This document shows positions 9,572 to 18,990 of a stretch of 64,000 nucleotides of DNA, one piece after another. Each line of letters starts with the position of its first letter. Positions within the stretch are counted from its first letter, which is position 1. Below the pieces are notes generated by a model. It made no database searches. It worked only from the letters and a program-made list of their open reading frames with translations, and was not told where the DNA came from. The position numbers and the translations under genes are program-made. This DNA is from Desulfobacterales bacterium (GTDB lineage Bacteria > Desulfobacterota > Desulfobacteria > Desulfobacterales > UBA2174): assembly GCA_963668645.2 (NCBI GenBank), contig CAXXWC010000010.1, positions 96,001 to 160,000 on the forward strand, written 5' to 3'.

Positions 9572-10297
9572 TCAAACCGTGGACGTCGCCAGAAGGGCCA
9601 TTGCTCCGGCGGCGTCTTCGGCCAGGCGGGCAAATCGGGTGACGCCGACGGTCTCGAAAATCATGCGGAAATTGTTCGAAAGGCCGCTGATCACGATTCG
9701 GGGCTGAGTTCGGCTCAACGGCTCCAGGGTACGGATCAGCAAGGCGATACCGGTTCCGTCGATGGTCGTTTTGAGGTCGAAATCGATGACGATACCTTTG
9801 AGTGGGGTTTGCCCCAGGGCGCCGACAGCCTCGGCAAAACCAGCCCGGTACTCGCCGGTCAGGCTCCCGTGAATCCGGATGACGCCGATCTGCCCGTCGA
9901 TGCCCGCCTCGATGGAAGCCCCTGACGCCGCCCCGGCTGCCAGGCGCGCCCCGGCCCGTGCCAGAGCCGCTTCAAGGGCATGGCGGCTGATTGGCTTGTT
10001 GATAAAATCGGTGGCCCCCAGATTGAGGGCCTGAACGACCAGATCCATGTCACCATGCCCGGTGATGACGATCACCTCCGTTGCCGGGGCGCTCTTTTTG
10101 ATCTGCCTGAGGACTTCGAAACCGTCCATCTCGGGCATTTTCAGGTCGGTAAAAACGATGGGAGGATCTTCCGCAGCCACCAGATCGAGTCCGGCACGAC
10201 CATCCTCAGCCACCAAGACTTCGTACCCGCGAACCTTCAAGACAAGACAAAACATGGTCAGGGTCGGTTTTTCATCATCGATGACCAGGACTTTCAT
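9572..10297 (-). CDS. Response regulator receiver fused to a STAS (anti-anti-sigma-like) domain
   Basis: VLVIDDE, TDLKMP.MDG, ITGHG, FINKP; C-terminal IRIHGSLT...IVIDF...IDGTGI..L...FETVG. Confidence 0.85.
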   Translation of the reverse strand: MKVLVIDDEKPTLTMFCLVLKVRGYEVLVAEDGRAGLDLVAAEDPPIVFTDLKMPEMDGFEVLRQIKKSAPATEVIVITGHGDMDLVVQALNLGATDFINKPISRHALEAALARAGARLAAGAASGASIEAGIDGQIGVIRIHGSLTGEYRAGFAEAVGALGQTPLKGIVIDFDLKTTIDGTGIALLIRTLEPLSRTQPRIVISGLSNNFRMIFETVGVTRFARLAEDAAGAMALLATSTV

Positions 10298-10365
10298 GAC
10301 CGCTCTCCTTTCTCGCGCCCCCGCTTCCCCACCGATGGCCTTTGTCCGGGAAACGGATTGAATAC

Positions 10366-10382
10366 AGCATGTTGGACGCCAA
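10366..10382 (-). promoter_or_regulatory. Possible sigma54 (-24/-12) promoter for the receiver-STAS gene
   Basis: Minus strand reads TTGGCGTCCAACATGCT (GG-N10-GC); imperfect match to TGGCAC-N5-TTGC. Confidence 0.3.
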
Positions 10383-10531
10383 AACTCAAGCGGTTTTCAG
10401 TGGCCGATGATTCTGGTATGCTTGAATCCGTCCACCCCGCTGTAATGTCACGCACCCGGTTCGACCCCTCGCCGGCCCCGATACTTAAGCAGGGCCGTGC
10501 ACGCTGCGGGCTGCCGGGATCCAAGTAAACC

Positions 10532-13500
10532 GTGGGCGCCGACATGCCCCGAACACCCGTTAAATCCAAGTTCACCCCGCCAGCCCTGCCCCCGCTGGTG
10601 GAACGCCGTGGCCTGTTTCGGCGACTGCACGCCGGACGCGACCGGCGGGTGGTCCTGATCCTCGGCCAGCCTGCGCAGGGCAAGTCGACCCTCGTGGCCG
10701 CCTACACGGCGGCGGCCGGAATCCCGACGGCATGGCTCCACCTCGACCGGAAAGCGGCGGATGCGCGCACCTGCTTCAATCTGCTGGGCCACGCCTTGAC
10801 GCGTCTGTCGAAAGATTCAACGCCCCTTGGCTATCCAAACGGTTCGAAGCCGGCCAAGGTTTCCGGCCGCAAAGAAATACGCTGGCAGGAACGGCTTGAA
10901 CCGCTGATGGCCTGCATTGCCGCGCCCGCAGCCATTGTATTGGATGGAATCGACCGGCTGGGCCCCCAGGCCGGGGCCCTCGAATTGATCGCGACCCTCG
11001 TGGCGGTGGTACCCAATGGGGTTCAGATTCATCTGATCTCCCGCCGGCCGCCGCCTTTGAAGCTCCAGCGGCTTCGGATCCGCCGCCAGCTGATGACACT
11101 TGAAAACGCCGATCTGGCCTTTGATTCCGAGGAGATCCGGCTTTTTTTCACCCTCCAGAGCGATATCGTCCTCAACGAGGCCCAGGTGGATAGGATCGTC
11201 CAAGCGACCGACGGCTGGGTCGGGGGGCTGGTGCTCATCGCCGAGACCTTGGGACGATTTGCCGCCGATCGGCGTTGCGCCCTGATCGACGAGAACCTGA
11301 CCGATCTGCTCAATCAGGCCACTCTGGCCTACTTTGCGGAAGAAGTTTTCAGCGGCCAGCCGCGCGCCATCCAGACCTTCCTAACCCGCACCTCACTGCT
11401 CGAAATCGTCGAACCGGAAATCGCGGCCCGCCTCACCGGGGTGCACGACGCTCGGTCCGTCCTCGACGATTTGGTGGCATGCAACCTGTTCACCCAGGTT
11501 CTCTACGCCGGTTCACGCCAGGCAGGATATCGCTACAACCCGCTTTTCCGAAATTTTTTACAGCATCAATTCCATCACACCGTCGATCCCGACCGCCGGG
11601 CCCGGCTGCTCCAGAAAGCAGGGAAGATTTACGCAGATCGTGAGGAATACCGTCCGGCGGTGGACTATTTACTGCAGGCCGGCGCCTTCGGCATGGCCAC
11701 CGAGCTGATCCTGCAGGCAGCGGTGGACCTGACCATCGGCGGGCGCCATGAAGAGCTGGGACGCTGGATCGCCTCGGTTCCCGACACCCGCCGCCGCACG
11801 GATCCTTGGCTTATGCTGTGGCAGGCCGTCGCCCAGCGCCGGCCGGGTGAAACCCTGGCACTGGAAGACCTGGAGCTGGCCCGAGTCCATTTTCAATCCC
11901 AGGACGATCCCCGCGGCCGCTGTCTGACTCTGGCCTACCTCATCGAGGCCGGCGTGTTTCAGGTCGTGGACGCCGCTCGCCTGGCCCCCTGGCTGGAGGA
12001 AGGTGAAGCGCTGCTCAAGGAGCTGGGACATTATCCTTACTATCACTATGCCAAGGCCCTGCTCTGGGTTCAGCTCGGGCTGGCCCACACCTTCAGCACC
12101 GGCGACTTGAACAAGGGAATTTCCGCCTGCCGCAACGCCGCAGTGCTCGCCCGGCAGATCGGGGATCATACCCTGGAGTTAAATGCCACCCTCATTCCGG
12201 TCTCGGCCCTGGCTGCCAAAGGCGAATTTCAGGCGGCCGAGCAGGCTCTGGCATGCTGCGAAGGCCACCTGCGTGCGAACATCTATCCCGAATACCGGGT
12301 GTTGAACCATCTGATTCGGATGCAGATGATGCTCTACCGGGGCGATCTGGCCAAGGCCGGACGCAGCCTGGAAAAGATCCGCATCGATCTGGAAAACCTC
12401 GGACTGCTCTTTCTCTATCCCCTCTTTGTGGAATCCAGCGGATTGTTGCAGGTCTACCAGGGAAACCATGCCGAGGCGGGCACCACGGCGCGCCACCTGA
12501 TGGATGTCGCCGTCATGACCGGCAACCGCCGCATCGAGGCCCAGGCCTTAAGGCTGCGCGCCCAGGTTCATTACTTCAGGGGCGCCTACGATTGTGCGGC
12601 CCGTGATATCGCGCAGGCCCTGGATCTTCTGGCCGGTTCGCCGCACGGCGATTTTTGCCTTTTTCAATCTCTTTTGCTCCAGGGAATCGTGGCGTGCCAC
12701 CGCCAGGACCACAGCCTCTGCCGGAAAGCGCTGGCAGCCGCACACCAGGAATTCGTCCGGATGGGAGCCCCCATGGCGATGGCCGAAAGCCATCTGGCCC
12801 AAGCCCTGGTGGCCGAATCCCGCGCCGCCCATGACGAGGTCCGGCGCCATCTGACCGAAGGGTTGGGGATTATCCTGGAACGCGAGTACCGGCAGGTGAT
12901 GGTTCTGCGGCCGGCTGATCTGGCGGCCGCCTGCCGTCTGGCGATCACACGGGGAATCCAGAGCCGCGGCGAGGGCCTCCAATGGCTTTTATCCCAGATG
13001 GGACCGGCCTTACCGGCCGCTGAAGCACCGGGCCGCCCCCAGCCCAAGAGTACGGCGGTGATGATCAGCGCCGAAGCCCACCGATCCCGCCTGCCCCATC
13101 TGTCGATCCGGACCTTCGGCGGATTTGCCGTACATCGTCAAGGCACCACGATCGTGGACGGCAATGAATGGCACGGCCATCAACCCAAATTGCTGCTCAA
13201 ATCCATCGTGGCCCATGGCGGCCGGAATGTACCCAGGGACGTCCTTATCGAGGACCTATGGCCCAACACGGATGCGGATGCGGCGTTGCGGCGCTTCAAG
13301 GTCACCTTGCACCGCTTGCGGCGAACCCTCGAACCGAAAATGAACCAGAATTTCGGATGGGCCTACGTCCATCTCAAGGACAACCTGGTAACCCTGGACG
13401 AAGAACTGTGCCGCATCGATGTTACCGCCTTTCACCAACTGTGCAGGCGTTTGCGGCGGATCGAACCGTTGGGCGCCGACGAGAAGGCCCTGGGGCTCTG

Positions 13501-13876
13501 CCAGCAAATCCGGGACCTCTACCGGGGCGATTTTTTGCCCGAAGAACCCTATGCCCCGTGGGTGGAGGTCAAACGCGCACTTTTGCGCGACGATTTCGTG
13601 CGGGTTCTGGAACGTATGGTCGAAATTCTCGAACGCCGTCAAGACATCGATACACTCATCGAGGCTCTCAAGGCCATGATTCAGATCGCACCGGCCCGCG
13701 ACGATATCCGCCGGCGTCTGATGCACTGGTACGATCATCGCGGCGACCATGCCATGGCCCTAGCGGTATACCGTGATTTTCACACTTTCCTCTCCGTCGA
13801 TCTGGACGTGGCGCCCGATCCGGAAACCACGGCCCTTTATCACCGCCTGCGGGCCATATCTTCACAGGACAATTAG
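10532..13876 (+). CDS. MalT-like STAND ATPase - TPR - winged-helix/BTAD (SARP-like) transcriptional regulator (start may be ATG 10544)
   Basis: K..PP....LVER..L, Walker A GQPAQGKST, TDGWVGGL, YFAEEVF; C-terminal IRTFGGF, LIEDLWP, LHRLRRTLEP, LYRGDFL, PDPET. Confidence 0.88.
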   Translation: MGADMPRTPVKSKFTPPALPPLVERRGLFRRLHAGRDRRVVLILGQPAQGKSTLVAAYTAAAGIPTAWLHLDRKAADARTCFNLLGHALTRLSKDSTPLGYPNGSKPAKVSGRKEIRWQERLEPLMACIAAPAAIVLDGIDRLGPQAGALELIATLVAVVPNGVQIHLISRRPPPLKLQRLRIRRQLMTLENADLAFDSEEIRLFFTLQSDIVLNEAQVDRIVQATDGWVGGLVLIAETLGRFAADRRCALIDENLTDLLNQATLAYFAEEVFSGQPRAIQTFLTRTSLLEIVEPEIAARLTGVHDARSVLDDLVACNLFTQVLYAGSRQAGYRYNPLFRNFLQHQFHHTVDPDRRARLLQKAGKIYADREEYRPAVDYLLQAGAFGMATELILQAAVDLTIGGRHEELGRWIASVPDTRRRTDPWLMLWQAVAQRRPGETLALEDLELARVHFQSQDDPRGRCLTLAYLIEAGVFQVVDAARLAPWLEEGEALLKELGHYPYYHYAKALLWVQLGLAHTFSTGDLNKGISACRNAAVLARQIGDHTLELNATLIPVSALAAKGEFQAAEQALACCEGHLRANIYPEYRVLNHLIRMQMMLYRGDLAKAGRSLEKIRIDLENLGLLFLYPLFVESSGLLQVYQGNHAEAGTTARHLMDVAVMTGNRRIEAQALRLRAQVHYFRGAYDCAARDIAQALDLLAGSPHGDFCLFQSLLLQGIVACHRQDHSLCRKALAAAHQEFVRMGAPMAMAESHLAQALVAESRAAHDEVRRHLTEGLGIILEREYRQVMVLRPADLAAACRLAITRGIQSRGEGLQWLLSQMGPALPAAEAPGRPQPKSTAVMISAEAHRSRLPHLSIRTFGGFAVHRQGTTIVDGNEWHGHQPKLLLKSIVAHGGRNVPRDVLIEDLWPNTDADAALRRFKVTLHRLRRTLEPKMNQNFGWAYVHLKDNLVTLDEELCRIDVTAFHQLCRRLRRIEPLGADEKALGLCQQIRDLYRGDFLPEEPYAPWVEVKRALLRDDFVRVLERMVEILERRQDIDTLIEALKAMIQIAPARDDIRRRLMHWYDHRGDHAMALAVYRDFHTFLSVDLDVAPDPETTALYHRLRAISSQDN

Positions 13877-13910
13877 AAAAGTCTGCCTTCCGGTTCTTGC
13901 TGCAGCGCGT

Positions 13911-13955
13911 GTAACCCGTTTGGTAACCATTTTGTAACCTCCCTCCTGATAGCCT
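13911..13955 (+). promoter_or_regulatory. Three GTAACC direct repeats plus extended -10 (TGaTAGCCT): probable activator-dependent fdh promoter
   Basis: GTAACC at 13911, 13923 and 13934 (12- and 11-bp period); TG-A-TAGCCT at 13947-13955. Confidence 0.6.
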
Positions 13956-14199
13956 TCATTTCAGGCTGGAAGAAAGGGGAACCTTCCAGCCGGTCGCACG
14001 GGTGCAGGAGCGATCGGCGGTTGAAAAGGTATGGGCACCGCCTTGCGAGTGGCGTGACCGGTAGCTCTTGCACCCCCCGAAACGATCAAACCCTTTGGTT
14101 CAAATGGTCTACCGCCTTTCGGATCCGGGAAATGGCGCCCGCATTGAGCCGCCCCAGGTTGTTGAAAGGCAAACCGCAACCCAGCAGGAGGGACCCATC

Positions 14200-17100
14200 A
14201 TGGATGTCAGCCGCAGAAAATTCATCCAAATTTCCGGAGCCGCAGCCGCAGGTGCGGCCGTGAGCCGTCTGGGTTTCGATCTTCGGCCGATCCAGGCCCA
14301 CGCCCAGACGCTCAAGATCCGGTACGCCAAGGAGACGACCACCATCTGCTGCTACTGCGCGGTGGGCTGCGGGGCCATCGTGCACACCAGCCGCCGCGGC
14401 GACGGCCGGGTAATCAACATCGAAGGCGACCCGGACCACGTCATCAATCGCGGGGCGCTCTGCTCCAAGGGAGCCGCGCTCAAGCAGCTGGCCGAAAACG
14501 AAAACCGGGCTACCGAACCGATGTACCGCGCCCCGTTCTCCGACCGCTGGCAGACGGTTTCCTGGGACTGGGCGCTTTCCAGAATCGCCGAGCGGGTCAA
14601 GGAGACCCGCGATGCCTCTTTTACCGCCCAAAACGCCGCCGGCCAACCGGTCAACCGCACCATGGCCATCGCCTCGGTGGGATCGGCGGCCATGGACAAT
14701 GAGGAATGCTGGCTCTACCAGGCGCTGCTGCGATCCCTGGGGCTGGTTTACATCGAGCATCAGGCCAGGATCTGACACAGCGCCACGGTTGCGGCTCTGG
14801 CAGAGTCGTTCGGACGCGGCGCGATGACCAATCACTGGATCGACATTCAAAACAGTGATTGCATTCTGATCATGGGCAGCAACGCTGCCGAAAACCATCC
14901 CATCAGCTTCAAGTACGTCTCGGCCGCCATGGCCCGGGGAGCCAAGCTGATCAACGTGGATCCCCGTTTTACCCGCACTTCGAGCAAGGCTGACATCTAT
15001 GCCCCGCTGCGCAGCGGCACGGACATCGCCTTTCTCGGCGGCATGATCAAGTACATTCTGGACAACGATCTGTACAACCGGGATTACGTGGCCGCCTACA
15101 CCAACGCCCCGTTCCTCGTCAGCCCGGACTTCAAGTTCAAAGACGGGCTCTTTTCGGGCTACCGCAAGACCCCCGAGGGTCCCGGCCTGGGCGTTTATGA
15201 TAAGAAGAGCTGGGCATACCAGACCGGCGGCGATGGGGTGCCCAGGATGGACCGCAGCCTCAAAGACCGGCAATGCGTCTTCCAACTGCTCAAGAAGCAC
15301 TTCTCGCGCTACGATACCAAGACCGTCTCGCGGGTGACCGGAACCCCTGAAAACCTGCTGCAAACCGTCTATCAAACCTATGCCGCCACCGGGGCCCGGG
15401 GCAAGGCCGGCACCATCATGTACGCCATGGGCTGGACCCAGCACACCCACGGGACCCAGAACATCCGCGCCATGTCCATTATCCAGCTGCTGCTGGGCAA
15501 CATGGGGGTTGCCGGCGGCGGGGTCAACGCCCTGCGCGGCGAGTCCAATGTCCAGGGGTCCACCGACCACTGCCTGCTCTACCATATCTGGCCCGGGTAC
15601 CTGGCCACGCCGAGCACCAAGTGGCCCAAACTGGCCGATTACCTCGCCCGCCGGCCCCAGAGCAAGGACCCGCTTTCGGCCAACTGGTGGCAAAACGAAC
15701 CCAAGTACATGGTCAGCCTGCTCAAGTCCTTCTTCGGCGAGGCGGCCACGGCCGAAAACGACTTCGGCTACGACTGGGTGCCCAAGCTCGACGCGGGCAA
15801 CGGCAACTACACCTGGCTCGACATCTTCGATGCCATGCACGAAGGCAAGATCCGGGGCTTCTTCGCCTGGGGGCAGAACCCGGCCTGTTCCGGGGCCAAC
15901 AGCAACAAGACCCGCGAGGCCATGGGCCGCCTGGAATGGATGGTCAACGTCAACCTCTTCGACAACGAGACCGGCAGCTTCTGGAAAGGACCGGGGATGG
16001 TGCCGGCCGATATCAAGACCGAAGTCTTCTTTTTGCCGGCCTGCGTCTCGGTGGAAAAGGAGGGGAGCATCACCAACAGCGGGCGCTGGATGCAGTGGCG
16101 CTACGCCGGGCCCCGGCCCCTGGGCAACAGCCGGCCCGACGGGGACATCATCCTGGAGTTGGGCCACAGGATCAAGGCGCTTTACAAAGCCGGCGGCACC
16201 TTTGCCGAGCCCATCGTCAACCTCAAGTGGGATTACGAAACCGGCGGGGCCTACGATCCGCACAAGCTGGCCAAGGAGATCAACGGGTATTTTCTAAAAG
16301 ACGTCACCATCAAGGAGACCACCTATAAAAAAGGGACCCTGGTGCCGAGCTTCGCCTTTTTGCAGGCCGACGGTTCGACCTCATCGGGCAACTGGCTCTA
16401 CTGCAACAGCTACACCGAGAAAGGCAACATGGCGGCCCGGCGCAGCGGCAAAGATGCAGTCAACGGCATCGGTCTCTACCCCGGGTTCGCCTGGTGCTGG
16501 CCGGTGAACCGGCGCATCATCTACAACCGGGCGTCGGTGGACCTCAAAGGCCAGCCCTGGGACACCGACCAGTGGGTGATCCGTTGGAACGGTCAAAAAT
16601 GGGAGGGGGACGTACCCGACGGCGGCTGGCCGCCCCTGGAAAACCTCGAAAAACCCAACTCCAAAAGCAAGTATCCGTTTATCATGCTGCCCCACGGCCA
16701 CGGCCAGATATTCGGCCCGGGGCGCAACGACGGCCCCTTCCCCGAACACTACGAGCCCCTGGAATGCCCAGTGGAGAAAAACTACCTCAATCCCCAGCGG
16801 GTCAATCCCACCGCGGCGGTCTACGGCGGCAAGATGGATGCATGGGCCACCTGCGATCCGCGCTACCCCTACGTGGGCACCACCTACCGGGTCAGCGAGC
16901 ACTGGCAGACCGGACTGATGACCCGCCCCCAGCCCTGGCTACTGGAGCTTCAACCCCAGGTTTTCGTGGAGATGAGCGAGGAGTTGGCCAAACTCAAGCA
17001 GATCGCCAACGGCGAGCGGGTCCTGGTGGAAAGCGCCCGAGGGAAGCTGGAGGCCACCGCCATCGTCACCCGGCGTTTTGCCCCGTTCAAGCTCGGTGAC

Positions 17101-17259
17101 CTCACCGTCCACCAGGTCGGTGTGCCGTGGCACTTCGGTTGGCGCTGGCCCGAGTCGGGCAAGGAGGAAAGCGCCAACCTGCTGACCCCCTCGGCCGGGG
17201 ACCCCAACACCCGCATTCCGGAAACCAAGGCCTTCATGGTCAACGTGACCAAGCTATAG
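14200..17259 (+). CDS. fdnG: Formate dehydrogenase alpha subunit, Tat-exported selenoprotein (Sec codon TGA at 14773-14775)
   Basis: Tat signal SRRKFI; CCYCAVGC...C Fe-S motif; EHQARI-UGA-HSATVAALAESFGRGAMTNHW is in frame with the 14824 ORF; LRGESNVQG. Confidence 0.96.
14791..14809 (+). promoter_or_regulatory. Bacterial SECIS-like hairpin
   Basis: GCGGCTCT-GGC-AGAGTCGT stem-loop starting 16 nt after the in-frame TGA. Confidence 0.8.
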
Positions 17260-17275
17260 AAAGGAGGTGATCCAG

Positions 17276-17995
17276 ATGGCCAAAGCCTTTTTCGTCGATA
17301 CCACCCTGTGCACGGCCTGCCGCGCCTGCCAGGTGGCCTGCAAGCAATGGCATGACCTGCCGGCCGAAGAGACCCGAAACCGGGGAACCTTTCAAAACCC
17401 GCCGGATCTCTCCTTCGACACCTACAAGTTGGTGCGTATGACCGAAACCGTCATCGACGGCAAGCTGGAGTGGCTTTTTTTCCCGGATCAGTGCCGCCAC
17501 TGTCTCGAGGCCCCCTGTCTGGAAACGGTGGCCGATCCGGACCAGATCTACCGGGATCCGGAGACCGGCGCCGTCATCTACACCGGACGCACCCGTGACG
17601 CCGAAGCCGATGACGTCATCGCTTCATGCCCCTATAATATCCCCCGCAAGGGAGCCGACGGGAGTCTGACCAAGTGCGACATGTGCAGCGACCGGGTCCA
17701 CGAGGGGATGCTGCCGGCCTGCGTCAAGACATGCCCGACCGGGGCGATGAACTTCGGTGAACGTTCGACCGTGCTCGATATGGCCCAACAGCGACTGGAG
17801 GTAGTAAAAAAACGCTATCCCGGCGCCAAACTGCTTGATCCGGACATGGTCGCGGTGATTTACCTGGTGGCCCATGACCCGGCCCGGTACCACGAGTTCG
17901 CCGTGGCCGGCCGGAACCCGGCGGGCTGCACACGGCATATGGCCCTGCGCCGCATGGTGCGCCCCCTTAGCGCCGCCGTCTCGCGGCTGGTCTGA
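17276..17995 (+). CDS. fdnH: Formate dehydrogenase beta (iron-sulfur) subunit
   Basis: AAGGAGGT RBS; CTACRACQVACK, CRHC..APC, CPY, KCDMC..R...G..PACVKTCPTGA. Confidence 0.92.
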   Translation: MAKAFFVDTTLCTACRACQVACKQWHDLPAEETRNRGTFQNPPDLSFDTYKLVRMTETVIDGKLEWLFFPDQCRHCLEAPCLETVADPDQIYRDPETGAVIYTGRTRDAEADDVIASCPYNIPRKGADGSLTKCDMCSDRVHEGMLPACVKTCPTGAMNFGERSTVLDMAQQRLEVVKKRYPGAKLLDPDMVAVIYLVAHDPARYHEFAVAGRNPAGCTRHMALRRMVRPLSAAVSRLV

Positions 17996-18009
17996 GATCG
18001 CCCCAGGAA

Positions 18010-18034
18010 GGGAGGCAGCCCGCCTCCCTTTTTT
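18010..18034 (+). terminator. Intrinsic terminator between fdnH and fdhE
   Basis: GGGAGGC-AGCCC-GCCTCCC followed by TTTTTT. Confidence 0.75.
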
Positions 18035-18074
18035 ATCCTTCCGGCCTGCCCGCCATCGAGGCAGAAAGAAGATC

Positions 18075-18959
18075 ATGATGGAAGTCCTGGAAAATCCAAG
18101 CCCCGCCGAGATCGAAACGACCATTGCCAAAGCGCGCGCAGCCATGCCGGCCTACTCGGATCTGCTGGCCTTTTATGAAGCGATTTTCAAGGTTCAGGCC
18201 GAAAGGCGAAATTCAATCTCCCCGGCTTCCATCCCCATCGACGCAAGCCGGGCGGCCATCGCCCATAAGGAGGGATTCCCGCTGGCAACACCCGCCGGGC
18301 TGCCCGGGGATATCGCCCACGGCGCTGATCTTCTCGGCCGCCTATGCCGGGCGGTGGAAGGTCTCAAGGCCGAGCCGGCGCGCTCGGCCGCTGCGATTGG
18401 CGCTGCCCTGGATTCAGGGCGCCTGGAGGCCCGGACCCTGCTGGAGGCCCGCCTGGAGATGGACGCCGCGCGCCTAGAGGCCATGGCGGCGCAACTGGCT
18501 GTTGCCGAGGAAGTCTTGATTTTTTTTGCCGATCAGAGCCTCACCCCCTTGCGGATCGCGGCCCGGCGGCAGCTTGCCGATTATTTGAAAACGGACCAGG
18601 AATGGCCCAACGGCTGCTGCCCGATTTGCGGCAGCCCGCCGGCTTTGGGGGACTTGGCAGAAAACGGCCGGCGGCACCTGAATTGCGGCGCTTGCGGGTA
18701 TCGGTGGCCTTGCCGGCGGGTGCACTGCGTCCAGTGTGGCCAGGCGGACCCGGCCAGACTCTTCTACTTTTACAGCGACGAGGAGCCCGCCTACCGGGTC
18801 GATGCCTGCGATGGCTGCCGGCATTATATCAAAACGGTGGACCTGCGCCGCCTGGGGCGGCCCTTCTTCGCCCCCCTGGAGCAGGTGCTCACCACCCATC
18901 TCGATCTGCTGGCCGCCGAACAGGGGCTTTCACCGGTGACGGGCAGCTCTTTTGAGTAA
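18075..18959 (+). CDS. fdhE: Formate dehydrogenase accessory protein
   Basis: CPICGS.P, C..CG..W...R..C..CG, C..C..YIK.VD, LDLLA...G; located after fdnH. Confidence 0.9.
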   Translation: MMEVLENPSPAEIETTIAKARAAMPAYSDLLAFYEAIFKVQAERRNSISPASIPIDASRAAIAHKEGFPLATPAGLPGDIAHGADLLGRLCRAVEGLKAEPARSAAAIGAALDSGRLEARTLLEARLEMDAARLEAMAAQLAVAEEVLIFFADQSLTPLRIAARRQLADYLKTDQEWPNGCCPICGSPPALGDLAENGRRHLNCGACGYRWPCRRVHCVQCGQADPARLFYFYSDEEPAYRVDACDGCRHYIKTVDLRRLGRPFFAPLEQVLTTHLDLLAAEQGLSPVTGSSFE

Positions 18960-18990
18960 ACCGGGCCGGTCACCTTCGAGTCATCCACCG

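Noticed and set aside
14068..14823. Two separate FDH ORFs, or a nonsense pseudogene
   Set aside because: The stop is an in-frame TGA at the catalytic Sec position followed by a SECIS-like hairpin, so this is one gene starting at ATG 14200
14086..16263. 725-aa antisense ORF (and similar shadows such as 58440-60464, 36714-38480, 31532-33172, 24179-25624)
   Set aside because: They lie opposite well-supported genes and have no recognisable motifs; long shadow ORFs are expected at this GC content
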